A stretch of DNA of 64,000 nucleotides from assembly GCA_002269645.1 (NCBI GenBank), contig NIVC01000608.1, forward strand, positions 62,001-126,000, in the 5' to 3' direction. The notes beneath the pieces were generated by a model, which saw only the letters and a list, made by a program, of their open reading frames with translations, was not told where the DNA came from and ran no database searches. This stretch comes from Macrostomum lignano (taxonomy: Eukaryota). This document shows positions 37,047 through 50,721 of this stretch, in pieces (the stretch's first letter is position 1; every line of letters begins with the position of its first letter). A program made the translations under genes and the position numbers.

Positions 37047-37202
37047 GCGCAACTTTGGGATTCACCCAGCCATTTCTATTGGCTATACATATATGTAAGT
37101 TGCTATTGGACAGAACAGTAGTCACATGATTGCTCTCAGCCAATAGCAACTTACATGCGTGTGTTGCCAATAGAAATAGCCGGGTAAATCCCAATGTTGC
37201 GC
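37047..37202. repeat. Imperfect ~156-bp palindrome (possible MITE)
   Basis: GCGCAACTTTGGGATTCACCCAGCCATTTCTATTGGC...TGTAAGTTGCTATTGG pairs with CCAATAGCAACTTACA...GCCAATAGAAATAGCCGGGTAAATCCCAATGTTGCGC. Confidence 0.75.
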
Positions 37203-39877
37203 CCAAGCATGATAAGGCATAAGCTAAGGTACAATATATCAATAATGGATTTAAACTATATTGTCATTAGTTTTGGAAGTTTAATAGAAATAGAATTTAA
37301 TAAAATTCTAATAAAACTATTAATAGTAATCTTGCATTTATCCGATATGCCTAAACTGGCTTATTTTAATTTATTTATATTTAGTAATAAATTTAGAGCA
37401 GGGTCAATATTATTCTTATGTGCGTCACAGGGACTCGGCTTTCTGTCCGCAAACATATATTGTAGAGGCCAGCTGCAATTGATTGTTTAGTTGAAACATC
37501 TATTATAGCAACAACTTCCTACCATTTCATCATACCATCCCTCCAATACAATTTTAACATTGGTATGATTGTAATTCAAAACCTACAAGCTCTTTTGGTT
37601 TCATCTTGCAATCATCTATATATAATTTCACCATTTAAATGATCGTATAAGGAAAGTGAATATAAGCTATGTGCTTTTATAATTATGCTATGCCCATGAT
37701 CTTCAAGTTGACTGAAAAGTGAGTTGCAATGATTTTGTTCTTGGAAAATAAATGTGAAATGTACTTTTTGATAAACTAAAGTGTCTTTCTGCCTCTTTTT
37801 TAATGGGGATTGTAAGACAAAACTTGACCTGCTCAGGGATTGTAAAACAAAAGAATGCCATATATACCATATACATTAGAATCTCTAATCTAGTTAGCAC
37901 AACTTGCTTAATTTTCTTTGCCTTTAAATTTTTCACAAAGCTAATGCGCTAAGTTTAAGTTTTAACAAAGTATAATACAGTTTAACTAGAAAGTTTAACG
38001 AAATGTGCAATAAGATATTTGAGATAATAATTATTAAACTAATTATTGCTAAACCCAATTATCATAAAAATAAAGTGTTGATAATCATAAATCTGCTTTG
38101 TTACCAAAGTGGCTGTTACCAAAGTGCTCATTTTTTGTTACCAAAGTGGCTATTACCAAAATAGCTATAATAGGGGGGGGGGGCCTAGCCATAGTCTGGA
38201 AGAGGGATGATACACTAGATTAATCCGGCATACACTCAAAACTTTTGGCATATACTTTGCATGCAAATTTTTTACTTTTTGAAATCTGGCATATCTGGTA
38301 TATAAAAATGTATATTTGAAAAGTTGCATACATGTTCTTGCAGTTGCAGAATCAAATCAAATAGCATAAGAAATTAGTGTGCATACAGTTAATAGAATCA
38401 TGTGGAAGAGCTTATGAAAAGCAAAAAAAGATGAAACAAGTTCATTTTTAAGCGTAAATTTCAAGCTTTCCAGGTTTTTAGAGCTTGTAATAAAAATTTA
38501 AACAAATCTTTGCGTGTACTGAATTTCCACAATAAATAATATCACATTTTTATTTTTTTAAATGAAACCAACTTAGCTTAGGCCTATACTATAGTTTGCT
38601 ACTTCATCTAGATAGTAGTTGTTTTAAGTGTTAACCATAAAATAACCATCTCACTATTTATATGGTTACCAAGCATAGAACAGGCTAACATAGAACTGCC
38701 TAAATAACTTTCAGCCCCTAGCCTGGGGTAGATCTAGCCCACAAAAAGACTTTATATGGCCCAAACATTTCCTTTATTTTCATTATTAAAATTTAGCTTA
38801 TGGCCCATTCCATATAAGATAGACATATTTGGAAAATAGAAAAGTCAATATTTTTGCTTGTCATTGCCTTATCAGCCAATTTTTTTATCAAATCTTTTTT
38901 TGTATGCATACAATGCATACAATCTAAGAATAAATAAATGATAAAATGTTGGATTAGTGTGTTATCAATTGGCAAAAAGTTATTTTTGTAAAAAATTAGA
39001 CATTTTCCAAGCAAAAGACATCATTAAGTTTATGTACCTTTTAAAAACAAATAGAAAGCTTTAGAAGGTTAAAACAAACTATATATAAAATTATAATACT
39101 TGCATCATCAGATAAAAACATTAGCAACCATATAATCTATTATATTTTTAATATAGGCCCCTATTAGTACTTTAAAGTTACTGAATTTACAGAAAAAAAT
39201 GTTACGACCATAATGTTACGACCATAAGGCTACCTTTTCTGTTGTATCTTTGTTGCCTTTTTGAGTTTATATATTCTAATAAAAGAGTATGACTTCTAAA
39301 CATGTTCTTAGTCAAATTTAAAAAAATTATTGCAAAATATCAAAAATCTTGTTGTTATGACCATAAGTGCCATTCAAGGTTTAATAGCATCTATACTAAT
39401 GATGATATCTATATGAAACTTTATAAACATATTCTTGACAAAATAATCTTTCATTCAAAATATTGGTTTAGTATATTCTATTATTAGATTTCATTTTATA
39501 AGTAAAAATAGTCTGTCATGTTATGACCATAATTATATAAAATGGCCCTTATACCTTTATAGTATCAATAACTTCATTACAACATAGGCCTATGAATAAA
39601 GTGAGCAATTGCTCAAACTCAAGAATTGACTCCAGTCTACATGAATAGAGTGAAAAATACTTAGCTTTTCTTACTTTTTCTGCCAACAATAGTAATGAAT
39701 TATGTACATAAATCATATATAAGTATAAGAATCTAATATACAATTGATTTAAATACTTTCATGTCTAGGCCCCCCTATATAGCTAACAAGTTTGTGATTG
39801 CCATGGAGAATAAATCAAATAAGAGCAAATTAATAACAAGTATACACTTATACACAAGGGTGTAATATGTAAGATAT

Positions 39878-40113
39878 CCCTATTGCAGCCAATGGCCATT
39901 TTCGTGGACGGCGTCTGGTGCGGATTGGCCTGGCGGCGGCGCGGCGCGTGGCAGCGGCGTGCGGTGGCGTGGCGTGTGGCGGCGGTGCGCGGGGGCATGG
40001 GAAAATTGAACCAAATCACTGATCCTGGGGACTGGCCCTGGCGTGGTAGGGGTAGATGTCTGGCGCGGGAAAGGGGGGCGTCCGGCGCGCTTCAGACCTT
40101 GGCTGCAATAGGG
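39878..40113. mobile_element. 236-bp GC-rich non-autonomous TIR element with 8-bp TSD
   Basis: 15-bp perfect TIR CCCTATTGCAGCCAA / TTGGCTGCAATAGGG; TSD TAAGATAT at 39870-39877 and 40114-40121. Confidence 0.88.
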
Positions 40114-41756
40114 TAAGATATGTCCAATGTCCCCCCTAGAAAGAGAATTTTTAATTGCTTTTGTATTTTGCTTTTATTGCTAATTTACTAACATTGATAA
40201 TGGATTAAGGTCATCTTAACCCCCCCCCCCCTAAGTCTTAATGTGAATCTTGGCTATGTGCCTACTTATATAAAAGATTAACAACATTGAGAAAAGAATC
40301 CTTTATGTTTAATAATATTACCATTATTACAAGTAATAGTTATAGGGCCTAGGGGGCTTACAAAAATATAGCAAATCAGCCCTTAGCCAGTACTAATGCA
40401 GCAGATCTAAATTATTATTTGAAGGTAAACATGCAATGCCAATATGCTCTATGGGTAAATAGGCATTTCTAATAGGCATGTTTAAACTAAAGAAATAGAC
40501 ATGGCACTATGCCAGGATGGAATTCTTGCACGAAAGTCGTTACGCGTTTGTGCGCGCTTGTCAAATTCGTGCGCGCTTGCGCGCTTGAAAGGGGCCTACG
40601 TGCGCGCTCTCATGAAAGGTATGTGCGCACTTGTGCGCGCTTGTGACCCCTTGCGTGCATAAGTGCGCACATTTTTTAAAAAAATTGCAGAGATGTCCCT
40701 TCGACGAGTGAGAAAAAAACATCATTCATGTAAGTACAGTACATGTAATACCACATACAAATATACATGTAATGCATATTAATTTATAATTGTACGTATA
40801 TGATCCGTCAAAATCCGACCCATTTTCGCCCCAATGTTATGTTTTTGCTTTTGAGGAAATTGAAACGTTTGATGCACCATTCGTAAGAACAAGTTTTTAA
40901 TATTTTAAATACGGATTTGATTCTATGTTCGTTCAATATACCGTAAATTCCCAGCTTTATTAATTGGCCGTGTTGTCTGAACTCTTTCCTACATTTTCTC
41001 AGAGATTTTAAGAAAAAGTCACTACAGTCTTTAACAAATGCGAAAAGATGAATTTACTTTCTCATTTTTTTAATCTTTGCACAATTAACTGTTTTGAAAT
41101 TTCACGTTAAACCATTTGCTTAACTTTTTTTCTAAGAAATACTAATATTTTACGCGTACAATTTCTTTAGATTTGAAGTGACTATGCGAATGGCATTGCC
41201 AGCCATCGGTGATGGCAATTGGCAAACAATCAATATAGCGAGTTTAGTTTTCGAGTTTTATTGAAGGGCAACTGCAGTGCCTAAAATAAAAAGAATTGAA
41301 CAATTTACACTTATAATTTGGACTAATTGGACTTAGACATTTTGTTTTTGTATAGGATTTCATAACTAAACTAGCCTACAGCCCTACTACACATAGGGCC
41401 ATTAAGAATTAAGATTAAGATATTGGCTATTAAAAAGCTTTCAGTGTCAAGCATAAGCCATGAGGCAGGTCAAAGGTTTATACATTATGATTTGGAATTT
41501 ATCATTTGATTTATACTTTTTATTTTTGTAATTTTTTTCAATACTACACTGCAAGTCTGCAATACTATTTTAAAACTAAAAGCTATAGTGTTTATAAATA
41601 ACTTATATATAGTTCCACTGTTTGTTTCAATAATACTAAAATAGTAATATTTATTAATACTAATAATAAGAAATAAAATCTTTTATTTCATGATTATTTT
41701 TTAACTGATCTGCATCTTAGCATCTGCAACATTCAATAAGACAACATCATATCATA

Positions 41757-44700
41757 ATGGCTTTCCTTGCTGTTGTGCCAGGGATTTGGACAATTGCCAT
41801 TATTTCATATCTTATGATAACTGCCAAAGACACAATTGATATTGAAAATGAAATCCAGGCCCCACCAGAACCTAGTCCTACTGGCACTCCTTTGCTTTTG
41901 CAAAGAGCAACTGTTTCTGTTTTTACTGCTAGTCCAATTGACAATAGCAGTGGTGCTGGATCCATTCCTAGGCCAGATTCACCTATCACTATTACTACTA
42001 CCCCTTCTGTAAATCGAGAGGATGGACAAGCTTTTTCCTTTGGTTAGTTAAGATTATTTAACATTGAATATATAGTTTAAATAGGATGGTATATTTCAAA
42101 CTTTTCAATTAAAGTAACTGCTATTCAAATTTCTTTTTTTAGAATTATGGCGCCAAGATAAAGGTGCTGGTTCTAGTATGTCTTCAGGCCAGTCACAGCC
42201 ACTAGGCCTTGCCTTTCAGGATAGAGGTCCTAACATTTTTATATGTAAGGAATGTTATCTACAAGGAAAGGTAAATTTGGTTCACTATTTCTAAATATTA
42301 TTTATATATATTGTTTTCAATAGTTTGATTATTATAGTTGAAATATTTTAGTTGAAGTACACTGTCTCTCAAAAGAGAGACAAGGATCGGCACACTGCGA
42401 GTAAATTCCACACTGCCAAAACTTGCAATTTGGTTAGGAATTCTTCCCAGGAGGCCATCTTGCTTGTTAGAGGTATGGCTTAAGTTTTTTTAGAAGTATA
42501 ACTTCATCTGTTTTTTGATCATTTCTATTTACTACTTCATAACTATTTCACTTTCAGAACATGAAGCTGCTAAAACACATAGGACTTCAAAGAGATCTCA
42601 CCCTGTTGCTGCACCAGATGAAAGAGAGACCATTTCATGTAATTTAAAGTGTTTCTTATGGCTTTTTACACATTTTACAATATGCTTTTAGAATGAGCAA
42701 CACATTAATATAAAAGAAAAAATGAATTTTTAGCTTCTAGCGATACTGAGGCACCTCAGGCAAAGAAGACTCGTTCTGAGGCTGATCGCGAAGAAAGTAC
42801 TACTCTACCACCAACAAACTCTGGTGTAATAAACCCATCCTGTGCTGGTGACTGTGCCAATGCATTTTCCGATCTTGTTAAAAAACTGCCTAGTATGATA
42901 GGAGATATAGTTGAAAGAAAACTTGCCTTTGCCTTTGAGACATTAGGTAAGCCATCTGAGAATTCCAATCGAAGTCACAGCGCAAGTGTAACTAACAGCG
43001 AGTTTGTATTGGACTTGGAGAAGTGGATGACGCTAAACTCTATTGTAGACGTAGCGCGGGAAGTCCCAGACATAGAATTATTTTTGAATGAAGAAGATGG
43101 ACACTCTGTAGTAAGGTGTAAAACATGCTGGGAAGCTTTAGATACTCGAAAGCTGAGTAAAATGTCTGTTTTTCAAGTGTCTCGTCACTATAGTGATAAT
43201 TGCACATTGGGCACAGGTGTTTACATGAATCCCAGCGAAACTGAGTTGATTATAAAAGGGACTTCTAATAAAAAAGATACACAGTTTTGGCGAAATTTCA
43301 AGAGCAAACTGCGAGGGCATCTTTTAGGGTCATCAAATAATTCACAGGGACGGCAGCATGCGCTCTCTGTAAAAAAACAAAAGGATCAAGCAGAAGAAGA
43401 CAAACTATCTCACGAAATTGCTAAACGCTTAGTCCGCTCAGCAATCCAAACTATTAGATCCAAGGCTGGTGCTGTACACTATGAAAATCAAGTAACTTTT
43501 CTAGAACTCAATGGCTGTCAAATTGGAAATCGGGGGCACGGAAGAAAACAGCTTTCAATTATTATTAATGCAGCTAACGAATGGATCAATGATGAAAACC
43601 GGAAGCTTCTTTTGACGCCATTGGAGTCTACAGGTCTCCCTCCACATTTCATGGGAATTGTTGATAAAGCGACACAGACCCGCGAGACAAACCAGGCTAT
43701 CTTGCTTGCAACTATAAGCCGAGGGGAAAGAGTCGCATTCCCAGTTGGTGCCCCATGTGTTTATTTTGTACAAAATGAAGACGTCTGCGAGGAGAACTCC
43801 AGTGCTTCAGTAAATAGTGATGTTTCTGATTCTGGTGAATCGAATGAATCAGATTCTGACACAAGCACGAGTCAGGACTTAGATCGCGTAGTAGTTACTG
43901 GGGGGAGTCTGGCTGAGCTAGCGCAGCTTATCTTTCGCACGATTCAAGATGAATTAAAACTGGGGGAAAAGGACCTCTTGCGGTATTGTGGTACAGCAGC
44001 TGATGGCCAGTATCAACCGGCAATGTTTGCAAATGAAATAACCCGCTTGTCAGGGCGTAGCAATATCGCGGACAGTTCTACATTTCAACCTGTAATATGG
44101 GATGTATCGCACTTACTTAATTTAGCGGTGTTAGATGTTCGCGAGTCAAAGTACGGTAAACCTGCGGCAGATTGCTTAACATTGTTTATTGAAAGGGCCA
44201 ACGAGTTTAACCATTTAATGGGAAGGGGCAAAAACCATACTTTAATGTCAAAAGTGGCGTCCAAAATGAAGGAAAAAGTGTCTGTACCAATACCATATGC
44301 AACACAGCGATTTACAAGCTCATCTGTTAAGCAGTGGGTCAAAATTGAAAGAGCTTACAGTCTGTATGCAGCAACTTTTCGTCGCATTCACGATGAAGAT
44401 GAAGACTTTCCCCTCCAATATAGGGTTTTGGGAGCAGACTTTGCTACCGATCTGTGTCTGCTACTAGATGTGTTTCAACCACTAGTTGAAATGATGGAGC
44501 TGGCCCAGGGATTGCAATTCAATCACTGGAAAATTGTTTCATGGGGGAATCGCCTTCTACAAATGATGGATAGAAAGTGTCGTCCATTATATGACAAGCA
44601 CCGAGCTGACATTGAAGGTATGAGCTTTAAGAAGGTGCGGCTTCTAGAGGGCTGGCATGTAATTGGCGAAGAATATGTCGGGCAAGAAGCAGAAAGTAGT

Positions 44701-45693
44701 CGAGGAAGACGTCGGAGGTGTAATAAGAAGAAAGTATACCTTTGGGAGGAGAGAACAACTAATGATGCAGTCAGAGAGGTCGAAGTCGTTTCCAGCTCTC
44801 TCCGTCAAAGTGTGGCTAATCGATTAAATAAGGGAACCTCAGCATGCTCAAATATCTTAGCCAAGTTTATGGACTTTGAGCAGCTACTATACCTTTTATG
44901 TGGTTCCCGTGAAACTGCTTCCAATGGTACAGCCAAGCCTATTCGGCAGTGCATAAACTTTTCTGGCTTCATGGAGGCTGGTGAGCCAGAGTTTTGTTCG
45001 TTTTTTAATTATGTGGTTTCACTCCCATATATTTCTGAGGTGGCTGAATCAGACGAATTATTTTCAGAACTGATACTTGGAAACCATAGCTACGTACATG
45101 TAAAGTACAAGAATGTTATTGAATCCCTCTTTTGGGGTCACCTTGCTCCGTATGGGATACAGTGCCTTGTATGTTCCAAGTCAAAAAAGCCAATTAAGGG
45201 CCAAATCATTAATTCCATAAAAATTGAAGAGAATTCGCGCCTCCAGCAGGTTTTTAAAGTTGAAACTGATGTACGCTGTTATGACAACTGTATTCTGGAT
45301 GAGGCAGCACTTATAAAACAATTATACACAGTTCAACCAGTCTTTGAAGAAGCTGGTCGAGCTGTGTGCATTCTTCTTGACGTTGCACTGAACACAGGTG
45401 GTGGGGAGGCAATTGCTGAAAGTTTCTACGGCGTAATGCGTAGCCAACGCATTATGGGAAGGCAAAAAAATAAAGCCTTGCAGTTGCGAACGAAGATCGA
45501 TTGGTGCCTCCCGCCCATCAGCTCTCTAATCGAACGTTCAGTCAACGAAATCGCGTCTAAGTATTTAAAGATTGCGGCATGTCCACTTGCATCCGATCCC
45601 CGTACCATCCGCGGATATTTAAATAGTGGGTTTAGAAGCGCAGTTCAGCGCCGAAAAAATTGTGTTAAACCACGGTTGGGCCACCTCGTGTAA
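41757..45693 (+). CDS. Spliced transposase, ~1191 aa; exons 41757-42042, 42143-42270, 42352-42472, 42558-42638, 42734-45693
   Basis: Four GT-AG introns with consistent phases (1,0,1,1) run without stops into the 932-aa ORF. Putative catalytic motifs GIVDKAT, AADGQY, WDVSHLLNL (DxxH) and GGEAIAES. The start of exon 1 is uncertain. Confidence 0.8.
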
Positions 45694-46066
45694 TGCCGAC
45701 TGTAACGTCTGACTAGCATTTATACGCAAGTTGAAATGAACCACAATGCATGTACAATGACTTGTTAAGATGTTTGACTCAATAAATCATTCGCTATATA
45801 ATGCGTAAACAATTCAGAACTCTCCAGGCAATAACCACAAATGGACAAGCACACCAGCACGCTTAGTGCAACAAAACTTATATTTGTCTTGAATTTTAGA
45901 ATGAGGGGACGCTAATAATATGCCTAGCGTACATGAAGTGCGGGGCAGATAGAAAAACAAGAGTGGGGGGTTTGTACTTGTACCTAGGCATGCAGGCCAC
46001 AGAGAAAAGGACAGAAATGAAGATGGGACGACGCAGCACAGAGAGGGTTGAATGTACATCTAGCTA

Positions 46067-46314
46067 CAGGGGCGGATTTGGGGGGCGTCCCTAAAATAAG
46101 TACTTTTGACGGAACATAGTGCACCCCCAGAAAAAGCCAAAGTTTGCGCCCCCCCCCCCTAAACTTGATTTTTTCGCCCCGAAACACCATTTTTTGCGCC
46201 CTAAGCTAATATCTTATCGCCCCCTACATGCATTTTTAAGCCCCTAAATTGGCACCCTTATACTCGTGTTGGCGCCCAAACTTAGACCGCCCCCAAAAAA
46301 TTGATCTGCCACTG
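46067..46314. mobile_element. hAT-type MITE (248 bp) nested in the large transposon
   Basis: TIR CAGGGGCGGAT / revcomp CAGTGGCAGAT; flanks TCTAGCTA and TATAGCTA (7/8-identical 8-bp TSD); G- and C-run interior. Confidence 0.75.
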
Positions 46315-47890
46315 TATAGCTACATGTAACTTGCAGGAAGGGCAAAGAAAAATCATTATTTTAATTAAACATGTACATGAAACGCAACATTTCGATTTGA
46401 ATTTTGCGACAATATACATCAACCCAACTATACTAAATCCAACTATACTAAACGTCTAATATTATACTAAAAACATAACTGTACTAAAATTGTCATTTTT
46501 GCAGGTGTTTCTCTTTTTCTAATTAATTAAAAGTTATTATTAAAACAAAAATATACACAGTTGCATACATGTACTCAAAAATATACAAAGCAATATTTTT
46601 TATGAATGTAAAACGTGTCATTTTTTTTTTGTTGCCTTACTCGTAATTGCATAATCGAAAAGCAAAAATAGTAGCAAATGTACACAAAATACTTCGATTG
46701 TTAAAATTTGATAAAATTTGTATACAACATGGTTATGTGCGCTCAAGTTCTCTTATTTTTAGCTGGCGACCCTGGCGTGCGCACTTGCGCGCTGCTCCAA
46801 AAACGTGCGCGCGCGTTTTCCTTCCTCTGAGCAAGAATTCCATCCTGGGCACTATGTCTATAATGCTAGAAAGAGCAGCAATCTTCTTGAATCATTCGTT
46901 AAACTATTTTTTTGACATTTTTTGCATTTTCTTCACTTTAAAAGCTGATTGTAGCATGTTAGGACGCCTGGCTAATACTGATACTTTTAGTTGAGGCCTA
47001 ATTTTTTCCATTCCATATGATGTAGGCCTATATGTTGAGGCCTGAGACAGCTGAGTCTGAGTCATTGATAGCCATAGGATTGATAACAAAGTAAAACGTA
47101 TCCAGTTAATAGAAAATATTTGGTACCTTTGTCTTTCTCATATTTACTTAACAGGGCTACTTTTGCTCCCGGTTCATTCGTCATACAATATTACAAATTA
47201 GAATAAGACAGACGATCCACATGCAGAACAAGTTAGCAACCAATCTATTCCTTTTACACTTGTAATATTTTTTTATGTAACGTATGTACATAAAGTGACT
47301 TCTTATCGAATTGTTTCTCAATAAATTTACCTAGAATTAACTTTTTTTAGCAAAAGACGCCTTAGAATACTATATTTGCCTTTTATGTTTGTATACATTT
47401 AATTTTGTTATTATTTTCACGATAAAAAACCAAGCAACTAATCAAAAATCTAGTTTGCTCCGCATTTGAACAGCGAGCAGTGCCATTCTCCGTCTTTAAT
47501 TTTCAACAGATTTATATGCATTTTACTCGAATTATATCTACTGGTAAGTAATTAATAGGGTTTTGTTCAAATTTTTATTTAATTCTGGGCCTTATTTTGC
47601 ATAGTAACATGTATAGTAATACCGTAATACTGATTAAGAATGGGGCAGCCACACACGCAAGACGTATCGACGTAGTACATCGCTGCCTACTCAAAAAATC
47701 CAGGCAATGATTTAAAGTATCAATTGTAGATGACATAATAATAAACTGTAGATGTGCAGGTACAAGCTGCAGTACATTATACATGTAGCTATAAATTTTT
47801 ATAAATATTTATTATATTCATGAGCCCCGTCCCTGACCTTAAATTAGGTTTGGTTAAAAACTCCTGGAATTCCATCAGCTGACACTGGCA

Positions 47891-49225
<1,335 letters not shown>

Positions 49226-49924
49226 GACTCAAGCCAAGTTATTATTCCGTTACTACATTGAACTAATTAAGTAGCTGGCCCGAGGTTCGGCGAGGTTTAC
49301 TAAGCTAATTTTTCATGAAATTTTACTAGAAACCAACTTCTGTTCTGTTCCCATCTCTTTGGTGCATCTGCGTTTACACAAATTTCTCTGCCAGTTTGTC
49401 TCTGGTGAAACTCCATTCGCTGCTATCAAAAAATATTTGCATAATCCGTTTACGCTTAGAAAGCACACCTTTATTGCCAGGATGTTTTTTATTAAAAATT
49501 TTAATTTTCGATACACATCGTCAAAGGTGCACATCGTTTTATCAGCAAGAATAAAGTTTAGGCAATTGCAGTCGCACATGTCTAATGTAATGTTTATATC
49601 AGTTAAACTTTGGACATATTTTCGATATATATCGGCATTTTGATAGCAAATGTATAGGCACAAAAGCAGACGCATAATTGTTCAAGGCGAATTGGGTGGT
49701 GCATTGACATATATTCTACATGCAGCATCATAGCAGCAATTTTTATGGTTGGGGAAGCAAAAGGGATTCTACCGCCCTGTTTTTGCTCATTACCAGCGTC
49801 ACACGACAGCAAGAGAGAAGCTTCTTCAATCAGTACTAATTCAAGGGAAGGGGATTTTTACATGTCAACAGGGCCATATTCCCCCCCCCCCTGCCTAGAG
49901 AGGGAGCGTCCAAAATGGTGTTTA

Positions 49925-50321
49925 ACGGGGGGCATCATAAACCTGAAACATCACAACTCCGAAAAGCGCTTTCCATCATAAACCCGAAATATCACAAGCC
50001 CGAAATACCATAACCCCGAAATATCACAAACCCGAAATACCATAACCCCGAAATATCACAAACCCGAAATACCATAACCCCGAAATATCACAAACCCGAA
50101 GTACCATAACCCCGAAATATCACAAACCCGAAATATCACAAACCCGAAATATTACAAACCCGAAATATTACAAACCCGAAATATCACAACTCTGAAAATT
50201 AAAATAGCATTGACATTGCTATAACTTTCCGAGTTATGATATTTCGGGTTTATTATAGGGAGTGCCTTCGGAGTTATGAGGTTTATGAGTTATGAGTTTT
50301 CAGGTTTATGATGGCGACCCC
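49925..50321. mobile_element. MITE-like element with terminal inverted repeats and internal 16/32-bp CCCGAAAT repeats
   Basis: GGGGCATCATAAACCTGAAA at left vs TTTCAGGTTTATGATGGCGACCCC at right; internal CCCGAAATATCACAAA-CCCGAAATACCATAAC repeats; no clean TSD (TTAA lies near both ends). Confidence 0.6.
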
Positions 50322-50721
50322 TTTTTAACCCTATAGAATCGAAGATCCCCAGTGGACAGGGTGGGTGAAGGTGCAGTCTTTTGCTCTGTAGACTCGCACT
50401 TAAAAATCATTACCCGGATGCAGCAGCCGGTACAAGGCCTTGACCGCCTCAGACCACAAGCGCTCGCAATAGGCACTTCTTTCTGTGTTTGCAATGCGGA
50501 CATATAGAATAGTGCCGAGAAAAGACGCGCCTCTCTTCAAGGTGCTTATTTTCTAGGGACCAGCCGCCCCCGACGTAACCAATGCCAATGCCTTTAAAAG
50601 ACAGATACTAAAGTTGTTGGTCAATTCGCTACGAGCTAGAATCTGATTGCACAACCTTGTCTATATGCTTAAGCAACAGCTCTGCTTTTAGTATTCCACC
50701 TTCAGCATGCACGTTGTCGCT

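Larger units (their letters stand above)
40512..46848 (+). mobile_element. Full-length DDE DNA transposon (hAT/P/Dada-related group), 6337 bp
   Basis: 18-bp perfect TIR CCAGGATGGAATTCTTGC; 8-bp TSD GCACTATG (40504-40511, 46849-46856); GTGCGCGC/GTGCGCAC subterminal repeats at both ends; long transposase-like ORF inside. Confidence 0.93.
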
